Origin: Heteronotia binoei
Lineage: Eukaryota
Direction: 5' to 3'
Assembly: GCF_032191835.1 (NCBI RefSeq)
Contig: NC_083240.1
Location: forward strand, 10,540,001-10,604,000
DNA length: 64,000 nt
Part shown: positions 36,766 to 48,810 of the stretch, piece by piece
Numbering within the stretch: the stretch's first letter is position 1
Layout of the letters: every line of letters begins with the position of its first letter
The notes under the pieces: model-generated
Databases searched by the model: none
What the model was told of the DNA's origin: nothing
Seen by the model: the letters and a program-made list of their open reading frames with translations, nothing else
Program-made: the position numbers and the translations under genes

Positions 36766-37450
36766 CTGAAATGCAAGAAAACAACCATCACAAAGTTGAC
36801 AGGAGAACAGCTGTGCCTTCTGGAGCCACTTCCAAACCAAGGAGAAAATTTTCAAGAAGTTTCAGATTCTGATCCACCAGTAAGTTCTGCCTCTCAGACT
36901 GTCCCCTCCAACTTTTAATAGATGGAAATAATTCGCCTGGGGAGATAGATCCATGTTTAACATATATTGTTCTGCCACCATCTTGAATGTTAAGGATGCT
37001 TGCTTAACACCCCAATATTCATGTCCTCCACTCTCTCTCCATACATTACCAGCGTTTAAGTTCTTCTCTCTCTGCTTGCTATATTCACTCTTCCACAGGT
37101 TTAAAAAACAAACTAGATCGTTCTTTTGAGTTAAAGGTGCACCTAAATTAACCTGACCGTATACGATCAAGAGTTCAAAATGCATCTCCTCCACAGCTGA
37201 AGTGTGCTTAGAAGAAAAAGCGGAAGAATTGGTTTTGATACTCCACTTTTCTCTACCCTAAGGAGTCTCAAAGTGACTTACACTAGCCTTTCCTTTCCCC
37301 ACAACAGGCACTTTGTGAGGTTGGTGTGACCGAGGAAGTTTGACGAGAACTGTGATTGCCCCAAGGTCAGCCAGTAGATTTATGTGTAGGAGTGGGGAAT
37401 CAAACTCAGTTCTCCAGATTAGAGTCCACTACTCCTAACCACTACACCAT

Positions 37451-37725
37451 GAAGCAGATATTGGATTTATATCCCGCCCTCCACTCCGAAGAGTCTCAGA
37501 GCGGCTCACAATCTCCTTTCCCTTCCTCCCCCACAACAGACACCCTGTGAGGTGGGTGGGGCTGGAGAGGGCTCTCACAGCAACTGCCCTTTCAAGGACA
37601 ACCTCTGCCAGAGCTATGGCTGACCCAAGGCCATGCTAGCAGGTGCAAGTGGAGGAGTGGGGAATCAAACCCGGTTCTCCCAGATAAGAGTCCACAGACT
37701 TAACCACTACACCAAACTGGCTCTC
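37451..37725 (-). mobile_element. Full-length Squam2-like tRNA-derived SINE
   Basis: Minus strand gagagccagtttggtgtagtggttaag (box A) ... ggtttgattcccc (box B) ... gcgggatataaatccaatatc tail. Further copies at about 1480-1745, 3185-3450, 41406-41674 and 49140-49320. Confidence 0.85.
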
Positions 37726-38937
37726 ATAATGCCGGTGCACTGTTCTCGCCTCCCTCAAGCCAAGACATCCTTTCTTCACTCTAAGATTTCACTTCTAGGC
37801 TACACAAACAAAATCTTAACAAGGTATCTGCAAAAGACAAAGCTAGGGCCAGTGACTTTCCAGAGTCTGGTACAATAAAATAGAAATCCCCCAGATAAAG
37901 AGGGAAATTAGAGAATATATAAAAGTTGGGAGAAGCAACACAAATGCATGTGTCTTCTTTCAAAATAGCCTGTTCAGACATGTGGCTCAACATCTCTTTA
38001 TAGGATCGAGAAACAGAAAAAAATAATGCTAGTAATGAAAGCCTCCCTCTGCTGAGGTACAGCACTCGATTCCCAAAGTCTAGCAGAGAGAATCTTTGCC
38101 ACCAACCAGCCGATTCATGATGAATTATCTGTATTTTAAGGCATGTGCTCCACACAAAGGGATTTCTGGGGTGGGAGTGGGGCTGCTACAGAGAATGCTC
38201 CCCTACCCAGCATGACAAGGTCCGCATACTGAGCCGGTTCAAAATTAAGTCCCCCCCCCTTCTAAAAAACCCCCCCACACACTAACTACCAGTAGGGGAC
38301 TGGCTGTCAGCTTTCATTCATTCATTATTTTTTTCAATCCACTACTTCCTCAAAGAAACTTTGACTTAGGGCAGCGTACAGTTTCTCCTCCTTCCATTTT
38401 ATCCTCGCACCCACCCTGTGAAATAAGGTCAGACTAGGAAAGAGCTAAGGCCACCCAAGAGCTTTTATGGCTGGCCAGGAATATCCATTCAGGGGGCCTC
38501 CACATTCTTAGTCCAGTTCTCTGACCACTACCATCACACCAACCCTTCTACTAGCCAAAACAAGGCCCTGTGGGAGCTGTGGAACCCACCAACCTTTCCT
38601 GGTGCCCACCAAGTGTTTTTGGAAAGTGAGAGGAGGAGCCAGGTGGAATTGTACCCAGCAAGGGTTCTGATTGGCTGCATAATTTTTTTTTAAAAAAAAC
38701 CCTTGCTCTGACAGCAGCTGCCACTGCCCCAGCACAAGGGCCACTACGTGACTGAAGGGAAGCTGCGGCAGCCATTTTGTGGCTGGTTCCACCTCCTGCC
38801 AGCAGCCATTTTGTGCCTGCCCCCATCATGCTGTGCCAGAATTCCAAAGGTGTCCATAGGCTCAAAAAAGATTGGGGAATCCCGAATGACAGGGAATGCA
38901 GTCCACACAGCCTTCAGGGAGCCCGGTAATCTCCATG

Positions 38938-39592
38938 GGAGCCAATTTGGTGTAGTGGTTAAGTGTGCAGACTCTTATCTGGGAGAACTGGGTTTGATTC
39001 CCCACTCCTCCACTTACAGCTGCTGGAATGGCTTTGGGTCAGCCATAGCTCTCGCAGGACTGTCCTTGAAAGGGCAGCAGCTGTGAGAGCCCTCTCAGCC
39101 CCACCCACCTCAGGTTGTCTGTTGTGGGGGGAGAAGATATAGGAGATTGTGAGCCGCTCTGAGTCTCTGATTCAGAGAGAACGGCGGGGTATAAATCTGC
39201 AGTCTTCTTCCATTTCTTCTCAGACCCACCCACCTCACAGAATGTCAGTTGTGAGGAGAGAAGATATAGGAGATTGTAAGCCGCTCTGAGTCTCTGATTC
39301 AGAGAGAAGGGCAGGGTATAAATCTGCAGTCTTCTTCCATTTCTTCTCAGCCCCACCCACCTCACAGGGTGTCTGTTGTGGGGGGAGAAGATATAGGAGA
39401 TTGTAAACTGCTCTGAGTCTCTGATTCAGAGAGAACGGCGGGGTATAAATCTGCAGTCTTCTTCCATTTCTTCTCAGCCCCACCCACCTCACAGGGTGTC
39501 TGTTGTGAGGAGAGAAGATATAGGAGATTGTAAGCTGCTCTGAGTCTCTGATTCAGAGAGAAGGGCGGGGTATAAATCTGCAGTCGTCTTCT
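38938..39592 (+). repeat. Squam2-like SINE with four tandem about 126-bp 3'-tail units
   Basis: Head at 38938. Tail units begin at about 39099, 39226, 39351 and 39478, each ending gcggggtataaatctgcagtcttcttc. Confidence 0.85.
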
Positions 39593-39743
39593 TCATGTTT
39601 AACAGCTCCATGTAAGACACTGAACCAGGGGCACCACAATGAGCTGCTCTATGCAGTGGACTGGGGCAAATCCCAGAAATGCAGGCCAGCCCCTGTGGGA
39701 AGCGACCCAGGAGAAGTAAGAGGAAACAAAGAAAGCAAGTTAC

Positions 39744-39821
39744 CTTATAAAGATTGCTGATGAAATTGTGATACTTCACGCCGTGTTCAAGAGTGCCTGC
39801 CGTGACCCTCGTCACCCACAA
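39744..39821 (-). CDS. MRPL20: MRPL20 exon 3
   Basis: actctcag| LWVTRVTAGTLEHGVKYHNFISNLYK |gtaact. Confidence 0.95.
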
Positions 39822-39913
39822 CTGAGAGTTAAAAAAACAAAAAGGGAAGACTGAGTTTCTGCATATTAGAACTCTGCAAGCTTCTTGGCAACTCTGTTGG
39901 TCTCCTTCCTTAC

Positions 39914-40024
39914 CTCCCGCATGTTCCTCTTTTTCAGGGATCTGGCATTTGTAGCATAGACCCAAGATCTGCGGACTGCTCGGACCGCCAAGCTGTAGCA
40001 ACGGTTCTTCCGTCCACGGAAGTG
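39914..40024 (-). CDS. MRPL20: MRPL20 exon 2
   Basis: cctttcag| [37 protein letters not shown] |gtaagg. Confidence 0.96.
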
Positions 40025-43000
40025 CTGAAAGGAAAATGTGGAAGGTGAGACAATCAATGGTTGATCCGTGTAAACCAGCAGGGAGGCCAACTTCCAGGTG
40101 GGACGTGGGGATCCCCCAATATTACAGGTCATCTTCAGACTGCAGAGATCAGTTCCCCTGGAGAAACTAAATGCTTTGAGCGATAGACTCTACGGCAGGT
40201 TATGAGGGCCAGATCTGATGTAAATGAGACCTTGTCGGGCCGGGCCATGTGTGTCATAAAATGAGCCTGCCTCGGCGGGGAGGGCGGGGTATAAATTTAA
40301 TAAACTAACTAACTAATGCCAGGTAGCAGGAATATAAACTATATAGACACAGACAAAAACAATTAAAGATTTTGTATCTCTCCTGTGTGATCGAGGGAAC
40401 TGGGCAAAGGAAGCTCTGGCTGGTTCCCTCCCTCCCCAGGGGATGAGGAGGGGGCAGAGCCTCAGTCAATAGAAGGAAAAGGCACTTGGCTCAGTAGTTC
40501 TCCTGAGTGATTGAGAGAGCCTGGCAAAGCAAGCTCTCCCACCTCCCCAAGGGAGGAGCCTCGGCCAATGGAGAAAATAGAGGCTTTGCTCTGTAGCTCC
40601 TGTGCGATTGAGCAAGCCTGGCAAAGCAAGCGAGAGAGCAGAAAGAAGCAGACTTGCTCGAGGGCCTGATAGGAACCCTCTGAGGGCCTGATCCGGCCCC
40701 CGGGCCACATGTTTGACGTCCCTGCTTTATGGCATTGTACCCCCCACTGAGGTCCCTGTCCGCTCCAGTCTCCGTCCCCAAATCTCCAGGAGTTTCCCAG
40801 CCTGGATCTGACGACCCCCAGGTGGCGATCATCTCCTGCCAGTGGCCACGTGGGACTTGGTCACCCTAGGAGGGCCCCACCTTCCGCCATGCAGCACCAA
40901 GTTCCATCCTTCCACCCACCACCCCAAAAATCCTTAGAACAAGCAAACGCTTAGTGGCAAAATTTCATTGACTCCAAAGACTGGAATCTCATCCTGCCCA
41001 ATGCATTCAAATGAAAGCGATAGTCACTAGGGATATGTATAGCCCATCCCCACCTCATCCAAAACTGGAAATACTGGGACTTTTGAGGGGGGGGAGGGGC
41101 AGAACCAGGAACATTTTTAAGGGAATGCTTCCTTTTCCCGAACAATCAGGGAGGATGAATGTATATCTTTTTTTAAAAAAAATCTGCACCCCAAAATAGA
41201 AATATTTAGATGTGGATCTAAGCCAGAGGTCCCCAATCTTTTTGAGCCAGTGGGGACTTTTGGCATTCTGACACAGCATGGTGGGCTCATAGACAAAACA
41301 GCTGCCACTGGAGGCAGAGTTACCCACAAAATGATTGCTGCAGCCTACCTTTGAGTCACTTGATGAAGATCTTTGTGCTGTAGTGGCAGCTGCTGCCAAA
41401 GCTTTTGTAGTGAATGGTTAAGTATGCGGACTCTTATCTGGGAGAACCAGGTTTGATTCCCCACTCCTCCACTTGCACCTGCTGAGATGGCCTTGGGTCA
41501 GCCATAGCTTTCATAGAGGCTGTCCTTGAAAAGGTAGCTGCTGTAAAAGCCCCACCTACCTCACAGGTTGTTTGTTGTGGGTGGTGGTGGGGGGAAGGTA
41601 GAGGAGATTGTGACTGCTCTGAGACTCTGAGATTTAGAGTATAGGGCGGGATATAAATCCAAATCTTCTTCTTCTTTTTTTACTGCATAGCCAATCAAAT
41701 CTCCAGTTACCAATCAGAAACCTTGCTGGGCAAAAGTCCCACCTGCCCCTGCCCATTTCTTAATAACATTTCATGGAATCATAGAGTCGGAAGGGTCCCG
41801 CAAGGGCCATCTAGTCCAACTCCCTGCACAATGCAGGAAAGTCACAAATACCTCCCCCTGAATTCACAGGATCTTCATGGACACCAGGAAAAATATTGGT
41901 GGGCACCACAATGGAGACCTCCTCACAGAAAAAAAAAATATGGAAGTGTGACAGCGCTGGTGTTTCAGCGCTGTGGAAAACCGTTGAGAGGTTACTGGGG
42001 GTTCCTGAATGAGATTACAGGTATTTATTTCCTGAATCATTTGCATTCCGGCAAAGACATAACCCATACCCAATAAGGCAGCTTACCACTGAAATATCAG
42101 CACTGCCTAGCTACAAACAAAACATCAAGAATAAGATCCTATGGGATAAATTATCCTATAGGATAAATTCTGGTTATTTAAAGGGGGGGGGCAGCTACTG
42201 GGGGGCAAAAGACATGGAAAACAAAATATAAATTTGTTAGCTTTCAAAAAAGAGGAGCAATCGTATAAGTATTTACATGACAACTGGTGAAGAAATTACA
42301 TAAGATAAGAACATAAGAAGAGCCCTGCTGGGTCAGACCAGCAGTCCATCCAAATCAAGCATCCTGTCTCACACAGTGGTCGACCAGTTCCCTCTGAGGC
42401 TGAACAACAGCAGCTGTGATGCGGCCTTCATCTGATGTGGCCTCCTGGTTCTGGGATTCAGAGGCTTAGTGCCTCTGAATATGGAGGTTTCCCCTATGCT
42501 GGTTGCCACTGACAGACCTATCCTCCGTGACTCTAGTTAACGTTCTTTGAAAGCTTTTGATTTCCGTGGCCATCACTATATCCTCTGGCAATGAATCCCG
42601 CATTTTAATCGCTCTCTGTGTAAAGTAGTATTTCCTTTTGTCTATATGCTGAACCTACTGCCCATCAGCTTCACTGGCTGCCCTGGAGTTCTAGCATTCT
42701 GGAAGAGGGGGAAAAAGCTCTGTCAACTCACTCTACCCTATGCATCATTTTAGAAACCTTTCTCATGCCCCCCCCCCCAATATCATCTTTCTAAACTGAA
42801 AAATTCCCAGACTCTTCAGGCTTTCTTCGTAGGAAAGGTGTTCCAATCCCACCCACCCACCCCCCATCATCTTGGTTGCCCTTCTCAGTACTTTTTCCAG
42901 CTCCGCAATGTCCTTGAGATACGGGGACCAGAACTGTACACAGATTCTACTTACAATACGCTATATACAGCAGTCAAGATCAGTGTTCCCTCTAAGTTGA

Positions 43001-43774
43001 GTTAATGTGAGTTAGCTCACAGATTTTCAGGCTCCAGCTCACACGTTTTTGTCTTAGTTCAGGAAGGATGAGCCCAGAGCACACTAATTTATGCAAGAGC
43101 TCACAACTTTAATGCCAGTAGCTCACAAAGTAGAATTTTTGCTCACCAGACTTTGCAGCTTAGAGCAAACACTGGTCAAGATCAGAAGTTCCAATCATCG
43201 ATCCAAGTTAACCTTTTTTTGTACAGTGCAAATCGCAGACCCATCAAAGGTCAAGGCAGTCCCCTGTGCAAGCACCAGTAGTTTCCGACTCTGGGGTGAC
43301 GTCACATCATGACGTTTTCCCGGCAGACTTTTTATGGGGTGGTTTGCCATTGCTTTCCCCAGTCATCTGGAGCAGAAAAGCCCTCTTGAAGAAGTTCAGC
43401 GTTGCACAGCTGCAGAAGGCCAGGCGGCCGGGAGATTTCCTGACTTTTTCGGGCAAGCCATTCCACAAACTCTTCCTGATTTTTTTGGAACGACTTAAAA
43501 AAAAAATAACTGTGATGCTGCTGGGCATTGTGATTCTGGCAGAACCATTGTTGTTTTTTGTCCTGCGAAATATTTTTAGCGTGGCATGGAAGCCAACGCC
43601 TCCAGAGCACCGACCCTTCTTGTCCCCAGATTAAACCATTGCAGAAATCTGCTGCCATCAACCTTGCCGCGCTGCCAGCAGGACCGGATGTACATGTTTT
43701 TTTTGAGGGGGGCAAAATCAAAAAATGGCGCCCCCTTATGAGCCATTCTATTTTATGGTCCCATAGAATACAAT

Positions 43775-44120
43775 TGCTCTTGAGAGTCCCTTGGACTGCA
43801 AGAAGATCAAATCAGTCAGTCCTAACGGAAATCAACCCAGACTGGTCACTGGAAGGTCAGATGCTGAAGCTGAAGCTCAACTATTTTGGCCACCAAAGGA
43901 GAAGGGGGCATTCCCTGGAGAAGATCCTGATGCTGGGAAAGACAGAAGGTAAAAGAAGAAGGGGACGGCAAAAGATGAGATGGCTAGACAGTGTTACTGA
44001 TGTAACTAGCACGAATTTGAGCAGACTTTGGAGGATGGTGGAAGACAGGAAGGCCTGGCGTGACTTGGTCCATGGGGTCGCAAAGAGTCGGACTCGACTG
44101 TGCGACTGAACAACAACAAC
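43775..44120 (+). mobile_element. 5'-truncated BovB LINE with 10-bp TSD, inserted into a GC-rich MITE in MRPL20 intron 1
   Basis: LLRVPWTARRSNQSVLTEINPDWSLEGQMLKLKLNYFGH...RWLDSV... ends in (CAA)n. TSD AGAATACAAT at 43765-43774 and 44121-44130. Confidence 0.93.
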
Positions 44121-44416
44121 AGAATACAATGGGCTCCATACCCAATTTGGCGCCCCCCTCTGTCGGCGCCCGGGGCAAGCGCCCCCTTCTGCCCCCCCCC
44201 CTTAGATCCGGCCCTGCGCGCCTGCGCTGTTCTGCAACGTCCTTATAAAAATCAAGCATGATTTAAAAAAAACAACAACACACAGAGAGACTCTGAATAT
44301 TACTCAACGTGCAATTGTTTCCAGAAAAAGCAACCCCCCCCCCCAGTTGCAAAACGGCACCGGCAGATGGTGCAGCGGCTTGCAGGCGGCCAGAGCCCCC
44401 GACGCAGCGCCCTTAC

Positions 44417-44503
44417 CCGGGCATACTGGAGCACCTCCTGCTTCCTCCAGAAGCGGTCAGTCAGGCGGGTCCGGATCCAAAGGGCGGGCGAGAGGAACAC
44501 CAT
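44417..44503 (-). CDS. MRPL20: MRPL20 exon 1
   Basis: MVFLSPALWIRTRLTDRFWRKQEVLQYAR|gtaagg. Confidence 0.96.
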
Positions 44504-44680
44504 CGCAGCCCGCTGCAGAGGAGACGGGAAGGGCGCCGAGGAGACAGTCGAGCGGCACGCGCCTGCGAAGCTCCTTTTCCGGGCTGTAGGGCGCAGGCGC
44601 AGACCGAGAGGCGTGCGTAGGGCGATTCTCGGGTGGTAGTTAGAACGAGTGAACTTGCGCAGATCTTTGAGATTTTAAGA
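44504..44680 (-). promoter_or_regulatory. MRPL20: MRPL20 CpG promoter with NRF1-type site
   Basis: CpG-rich. TGCGCCTGCGC (minus strand) at 44591-44601 and a related gcgcctgcg at about 44560. NRF1 sites are typical of nuclear genes for mitochondrial proteins. Confidence 0.65.
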
Positions 44681-46561
44681 CCGGGGCGGCCAAACTTGCT
44701 TAACATAAGAGCCACACGGAATAAATGTCAGATGTTTGAGAGCCGCAGGACATGAGTGTCAAATGTTTGAGAGCCGCAAGGAAGGCAGGCAAATAAGGTG
44801 GGGGGGGGAAGGGAGAGGAGGAAAGAAAGCAACTTTAACTTTAAATGCATTCTCCGAGTTGCCAGCTGGCTTGGAGAAGTAATTCAAAGGAACAAATGCT
44901 TTCTCCAAGCTGGCAGGGTGGTGGGAGCTTCAAGAGCCACACAGCACAATTTGTGTGGAAGAGCCACATGTGGCTTCCGAGCCGCAGTTTGGCCACCCCT
45001 GTTTTAAAACAATCCTGTGGGGGGGGGTTTGTTTTGAGAGATGGGGTGGGATTACCAAACGGGGATCTGTTCTTGTGATTCCTCACACTTGTTCGTTTTG
45101 CTTTGGCCAGTCCTTCAAGTTGCCAGCTTCCAGGTGGGGGCTGGAGATCTCCCAGAATGACATTTGATCCCCAGAGCCAGGTGGGCAGCCGTGTCGGGCT
45201 GAAGCAGTAGAACAGATTTTGAGTCCAGAGACCAACAAAGATTTATTCAAAGTATGAGAATCCGAGTCTTTGCTAGTCTTAAAGGTGCCCCCGGCCTCAA
45301 AATCTGTTCTACTTGATCACCAGGTGGTAGAGACCAGCTCCCCTGCAAAATATGGCTGCTTTGGAGGGTAAACTGTATGGCATTCTACTTTGCTGAGGTC
45401 CCTCCTTGGTGAGTCCCCGGACTCCACCCTGGAATCTCCAGGTATTTCCCCAGATGGGAACTGGCAACCCTTGGGAATGGTTGGAATCTGTGTGCAAATA
45501 TGATACTTAGGGTTGCCAGCTCTGGGTGTGAACATTCCTGGAGATTTGTGGCTGGAGGCTGGGAAGAGCAGAGTTTGAGGGAAGAGAGAAACCTCACCAG
45601 GGTACTGTCCCATAGAGTCCACCCTCCAAAGGAGCTGTTTGCTCAAAGAGAATTGATCTCTGTAATCTGGAGCTTATTTGTAATTCTGATGGGTCCCAGC
45701 CAGGCCCCACCTGGAGGCTAGCAACCCTACAACTTGGGAGTGGTTGGAATTCCCTTGAAGATTTGATTGATCCTATCAGTTTAGGCTTCAATAGGAGCTG
45801 GGCGTGGTTCACTCACAGAAATTGCTCCTCTTCAGAGGCTTACATCCAAGATTCATCTGTGGCCCTGTCAGTTTATCAGTTTGCACAACTCAGTTACCAT
45901 TTTCCTTTCTGCCTGGGCCCTGTTTCTGTTAATACTTCTGTCAATACGTACACATCTGCCTACAGAAGGGAACACTTCAAGCACAGCAGAAGTGGGCTGC
46001 AGTCCGTGAAAGCTTCTGCCACAATGACATGTTGGAGATTTCTAAGATGCCTGAAAACTCCTAGTGGTTTTCTCTGCACAGTTTATTTTCAAGATGTGAG
46101 TGATAGTTAGCTACAGGGATTACACTGCAGTATCTAAGCTTGTGGTAAATGCCTATCCCATTATGGCATTGTCTTACCTTCTGTCTGTGTCTCCATAACA
46201 TGTCCCCCCACCCTTTCTGTTGCTCTAGTTTCAAGTAGGTCATCTAATTGTGAATAATTGAATCCTGCAATGTGTACCAGTTATCTAGGGCACAGGAACA
46301 TGCTTGCTCATTCATGCCAAGGGGGAATTTTCTTTTTTGTAATAATCGGCAGCAATGTTCCCTCTAAACTGAGTTAGTGTGAACTAGCTCACAGTTCTTT
46401 AGCCTCCAGCTCACACACTTTTGTCTTAGCTCAGGAAAAATGGCCCCAGAGCAAACAAAGTTATGCAGCAGCTCACAACTTTTAATGCCAGCAGCTCACA
46501 AAACAGAATTTTTGCTCACAAGGCTCCACAGCTTAGAGGGAGTACTGATCGGCAGGACTCT

Positions 46562-46900
46562 CATAAGAACATAAGAGAAGCCATGTTAGATCAGGCCAAT
46601 GGCCCATCCAGTCCAACACTCTGTGTCACACAGTGGCAAAAAAAAAAATTATATATATACACCCACACTGTGGCTAATAGCCACTGATGGACCTCTGCTC
46701 CATATTTTTATCTAAACCCCTCTTGAAGCTGGCTATGCTTGTGGCCGCCACCACCTCCTGTGGCAGTGAATTCCACATGTTAATCACCCTTTGGGTGAAG
46801 AAGTACTTCCTTTTATCCATTTTAACCTGTCTGCTCAGCAATTTCATCGAATGCCCACGAGTTCTTGTATTGTGAGAAAGGGAGAAAAGGACTTCTCTTC
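46562..46900 (-). mobile_element. CR1 LINE 3' end
   Basis: Minus translation FSLSHNTRTRGHSMKLLSRQVKMDKRKYFFTQRVINMWNSLPQEVVAATSIASFKRGLDK is the CR1 ORF2 C-terminus. Tail catggcttctcttatgttcttatg. Confidence 0.9.
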
Positions 46901-47216
46901 TTTCTCCATACCATGCACCAATACAGCAAAAACTTCCCTTTCTTTGAAAAATACAGACTCCATGTCTTATCTGCACTTCTCTGTGGTTACCCTTCCCTTC
47001 CCTTTCTTTTGTAAGTTTGCTCCTATCTATTAACCACGTGGATTTGATTTCCCCAGCCTCCAGGGAGTTCAGGGCATGCACAGGTGTCTCCCTGCCATCC
47101 TCAGAACTACCCTGTGAGGTAGGTCAGGCTGAGAGAGAATGTCAGGCTCACAATCACCCACTGAGCTTTGTGGCTAAGGGGGGGATTTGAACTCAAGTTC
47201 CTGATCTTTAGCTCTG

Positions 47217-47560
47217 GCCTGGATGGCCCAGGCTCGCCCAATCTGGTCAGATCTTGGAAACTAAGCAGGGTCAGCTTGGTTAGTATTTGGATGGGAGACC
47301 GCCAAGGAAGTCCAAGGTTGCTATGCAGAGGCAGGCAATGGCCAACCACCTCTGAATACCTCCGTCTTGCCTTGAAAACCCTACGGCAGGGGTGGCCAAC
47401 GGTAGCTCTCCAGATGGTTTTTTGCCTACAACTCCCATCAGCCCCAGCCAGCATGCTGGCTGGGGCTGATGGGAGTTGTAGGCAAAAACATCTGGAGAGT
47501 TACCATTGGCCACCCCTGCCCTATGGGGTCACCCGTAAGACTGCTGCGACTTGACCACTC
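47217..47560 (+). mobile_element. 5S-derived SINE interrupted by a hAT MITE (47387-47518)
   Basis: gcccaatctggtcagatcttggaaactaagcagggtcagcttggttagtatttggatgggagaccgcc is a close match to 5S rRNA positions about 27-97. RTE/BovB-like 3' end ggggtcacccgtaag...gcgacttgac. MITE TSD ccctacgg/ccctatgg. Confidence 0.8.
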
Positions 47561-48354
47561 TTTCCATCACCACTGCCTATTCCGACACTCTAACCACCAC
47601 ACTTCAGTGATTCTCACGTCTGTTTTTCTATATCAGCTTCTTTCTTCCGATAGCCTGTTGCCTGTATGTGTGCTTTCATATTTCATAATAGGCTACTAGC
47701 ACTTTAGGGAAGTAAGATTTCTATTGCAAAAAATTCCACTGGCCCCCCAGCACAGTGGCCCCTACCCAAATCAGCTCCTCCCAGCAGGTCCTCAGAGGAA
47801 CATGCCGGGAGACCAATCATAGAGCCCCAATGTCAGGGCTTTTTTGTAGCAGGAATTCCTTTGCATATTAAGCCACACACCCCCGATGTAGCCAATTCTC
47901 CTGGAGCTTACAGTAGGCCATGTAGTAAGAACCCTGTAAGCTCTTGAAGGATTGGCTACATCACGAGGGTGTGGCCTCATATGCAAAGGAGTTCCTGCTA
48001 CAAAAAAAAGCCCTGCTCAATGTGATGTTTTATTTGAGGCCCCCTCCCCCAAACAAAATTTGAGGAAGGGTTGACTAAAATCTACCATGAGCATTGTCTC
48101 TCTCGTTCCTTATCAGAAGAGTAATTTCGACCCAGACAGCCTGATTGACATAACTATTATGGGTTTTGTGCTAAACAATTCTAGCTGCTGCGCAGAAACA
48201 AATAGCGGCATGAAATTTAGTCGTAGGTCTGCGAATGAGATAATGCAACGCCTTCTGTTGACTCAGAACTTTGACTCATCTGGCTCAGTGTTGCCTGCTC
48301 TGACTGGCAGCAGCCGGCCAAGGTCCCAGGCAGGCAGAAAGCTTTCACATCATC

Positions 48355-48810
48355 AAAGATTTCAGGTTTTAACAGCTGGTAACATCATTAGGGTTTGTAG
48401 AATCTTTCGGGCTCAAGTGCCGTGTTCTACTGGAGAAAGTTTTCCTTCCAGACGTTTCAGTCTCAACTGTGGAGAACATCCTCAGTGGCGTTGCAGCCGG
48501 AGCAGGCGCTCTGACCTTGGTCACATTCAACAGCCAGTTTCTTTATCACTACCCTTCCAGGAAGCCCCACCAAACAATGGGCACATCCACAAACCAATTG
48601 CCCTTTCATCACACCCTCTCCAGCCTAGAAATAGCAGCTCCCCAGCAGCCCTGGCCCCACTCAATGCACAGCAGCCAAGAAGGTCAGAGCGCCTGCTCCG
48701 GCCGCAACGCCACTGAGGATGTTCTCCGCAGTTGAGAACGAAACGTCTGGAAGGAAAACTTTCTCCAGTAGAATACGGCACTTGAGCCCGAAAGATTCTA
48801 CAAACCCTAA
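48355..48810. mobile_element. Penelope-like element insertion: two 131-bp inverted pLTR arms around a 161-bp spacer, 12-bp TSD
   Basis: Arms 48388-48518 and 48680-48810. A tail of about 33 nt (48355-48387) is present on one arm only. TSD TTTCACATCATC at 48343-48354 and 48811-48822. Confidence 0.85.
48710..48750 (+). ncRNA. Minimal type I hammerhead ribozyme motif (PLE-type)
   Basis: CCA-CUGAGGA-U-GUUCUC-cgcaguu-GAGAAC-GAAA-C-G-U-C^UGG: all conserved core nucleotides, 6-bp stem II, 3-bp stem I, palindromic loopless stem III (ACGU). Confidence 0.75.

Larger units (their letters stand above)
36595..44503 (-). other. MRPL20: Mitochondrial ribosomal protein L20 (bL20m) gene model (4 coding exons, 148 aa)
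   Basis: complement(join(36595-36765,39744-39821,39914-40024,44417-44503)). Exon lengths 87/111/78/171, all phase 0, GT-AG. Confidence 0.97.

Noticed and set aside
47217-47305. 5S rRNA gene
   Set aside because: Only about 70 nt match 5S. The 5' and 3' ends are replaced by SINE sequence and many diverged dispersed copies exist.
48087-48716. 209-aa plus-strand ORF
   Set aside because: It runs from unique DNA through the Penelope inverted arm and spacer, and no RT or GIY-YIG motifs are visible.
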